A stretch of 6,200 nucleotides of DNA from a virus (taxonomy: Duplodnaviria; Heunggongvirae; Uroviricota; Caudoviricetes): IMG/VR virus record IMGVR_UViG_2548876959_000020, positions 1-6,200 of that record, one strand, 5' to 3'. Position numbers and translations under genes: made by a program. The notes under the pieces are model-generated. The model was not told the origin of the DNA. It searched no databases and saw only the letters and a list, made by a program, of their open reading frames with translations. Positions 4,953 to 6,200 of the stretch are shown here, in pieces; the stretch's first letter is position 1; each line of letters begins with the position of its first letter.

Positions 4953-6200
4953 CTATATTGCTGAAGGTACAGGCGTTTCCATAACTATTTGCTCGCGTTT
5001 TTTACTCAAGAAGAAAATGCCAAATAGCAACATCAGGCAGACAATACCCGAAATTGCGAAGAAAACTGTCTGGTAGCCTGCGTGGTCAAAGAGTATCCCA
5101 GTCGGCGTTGAAAGCAGCACAATCCCAAGCGAACTGGCAATTTGAAAACCAATCAGAAAGATCGTCGACGACAGGCGCTTATCAAAGTTTGCCACGCTGT
5201 ATTTGAAGACGGATATGACACAAAGTGGAACCTCAATGGCATGTAACAACTTCACTAATGAAATAATCCAGGGGTTAACGAACAGCGCGCAGGAAAGGAT
5301 ACGCAACGCCATAATCACAACTCCGATAAGTAATGCATTTTTTGGCCCTACCCGATTCACAAAGAAAGGAATAATCGCCATGCACAGCGCTTCGAGTACC
5401 ACCTGGAATGAGTTGAGATAACCATACAGGCGCGTTCCTACATCGTGTGATTCGAATAAACCTGCATAAAAGACAGGAAAAAGTTGTTGATCAAAAATGT
5501 TATAGAAAGACCACGTCCCCACAATAAATATGACGAAAACCCAGAAGTTTCGATCCTTGAAAACTGCGATAAAATCCTCTTTTTTTACCCCTCCCGCATC
5601 TGCCGCTACGCACTGGTGATCCTTATCTTTAAAACGCATGTTGATCATCATAAATACAGCGCCAAATAGCGAGACCAACCAGAAGTTGATATGGGGACTG
5701 ATACTAAAAAATATGCCGGCAAAGAACGCGCCAATAGCATAGCCAAAAGATCCCCAGGCGCGCGCTGTTCCATATTCGAAATGAAAATTTCGCGCCATTT
5801 TTTCGGTGAAGCTATCAAGCAAACCGCATCCCGCCAGATACCCCAAGCCAAAAAATAGCGCCCCCAGAATTAGACCTACAGAAAAATTGCTTTGCAGTAA
5901 CGGTTCATAAACGTAAATCATAAACGGTCCGGTCAAGACCAGGATGAAACTCATACACCAGATGAGCGGTTTCTTCAGACCGAGTTTATCCTGAACGATG
6001 CCGTAGAACATCATAAATAGAATGCTGGTAAACTGGTTGACCGAATAAAGTGTACCTAATTCCGTCCCTGTCAACCCTAGATGTCCTTTCAGCCAAATAG
6101 CGTATAACGACCACCACAGCGACCAGGAAATAAAAAAGAGAAATGAGTAACTGGATGCAAAACGATAGTACGCATTTCTGAATGGAATATTCAGTGCCAT
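4953..6200 (-). CDS. cscB: Sucrose:H+ symporter CscB (LacY-family oligosaccharide permease, MFS)
   Basis: 415-aa hydrophobic ORF. N-terminus MALNIPFRNAYYRFASSYSFLFFISWSLWW and overall pattern are LacY-like; I recognise it as E. coli CscB. Start codon is the last three bases of the window. Confidence 0.88.
   Translation of the reverse strand: MALNIPFRNAYYRFASSYSFLFFISWSLWWSLYAIWLKGHLGLTGTELGTLYSVNQFTSILFMMFYGIVQDKLGLKKPLIWCMSFILVLTGPFMIYVYEPLLQSNFSVGLILGALFFGLGYLAGCGLLDSFTEKMARNFHFEYGTARAWGSFGYAIGAFFAGIFFSISPHINFWLVSLFGAVFMMINMRFKDKDHQCVAADAGGVKKEDFIAVFKDRNFWVFVIFIVGTWSFYNIFDQQLFPVFYAGLFESHDVGTRLYGYLNSFQVVLEALCMAIIPFFVNRVGPKNALLIGVVIMALRILSCALFVNPWIISLVKLLHAIEVPLCVISVFKYSVANFDKRLSSTIFLIGFQIASSLGIVLLSTPTGILFDHAGYQTVFFAISGIVCLMLLFGIFFLSKKREQIVMETPVPSAI

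Noticed and set aside
5203-5851. ORFs 5203..5421 (+), 5484..5669 (+) and 5648..5851 (-) within cscB
   Set aside because: Antisense or alternate-frame ORFs inside a well-supported 415-aa permease gene.
1-6200. CRISPR arrays, IS elements or rRNA
   Set aside because: No regularly spaced direct repeats, terminal inverted repeats with a transposase, or rRNA-like sequence were seen.

Overview
The window appears to hold the right-hand ~4.5 kb of a lambdoid-type prophage integrated at a tRNA-Arg (argW-like) site, followed by a short decayed junction and the sucrose permease gene cscB on the opposite strand. All prophage genes lie on the + strand in a tightly packed, translationally coupled array running toward the attachment site: a large charged coiled-coil protein (1-969), several tiny early genes (994-1508, one possibly Kil-like), a Rad52/Sak-family annealing protein (1517-2224), an SSB (2225-2740), two orphan small genes (2754-3228), an Ead/Ea22-like-DUF551 fusion (3225-3815), a zinc-ribbon protein (3912-4091), an intrinsic terminator, and a TorI-type excisionase (4223-4423). 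Directly after torI sits a 15-nt copy of the tRNA-Arg 3' end (4497-4511), which I read as the attR core. The points most worth a second look are an SSB whose conserved DDDIPF tip is buried under a 15-residue extension, a second tRNA-derived fragment upstream of torI so that the tRNA 3' half is split around the excisionase gene, and the uncharacterised small-gene cassettes. No complete tRNA, rRNA, CRISPR array or IS element was seen. All family assignments rest on reading the translations and on recalled sequences, not on database searches.
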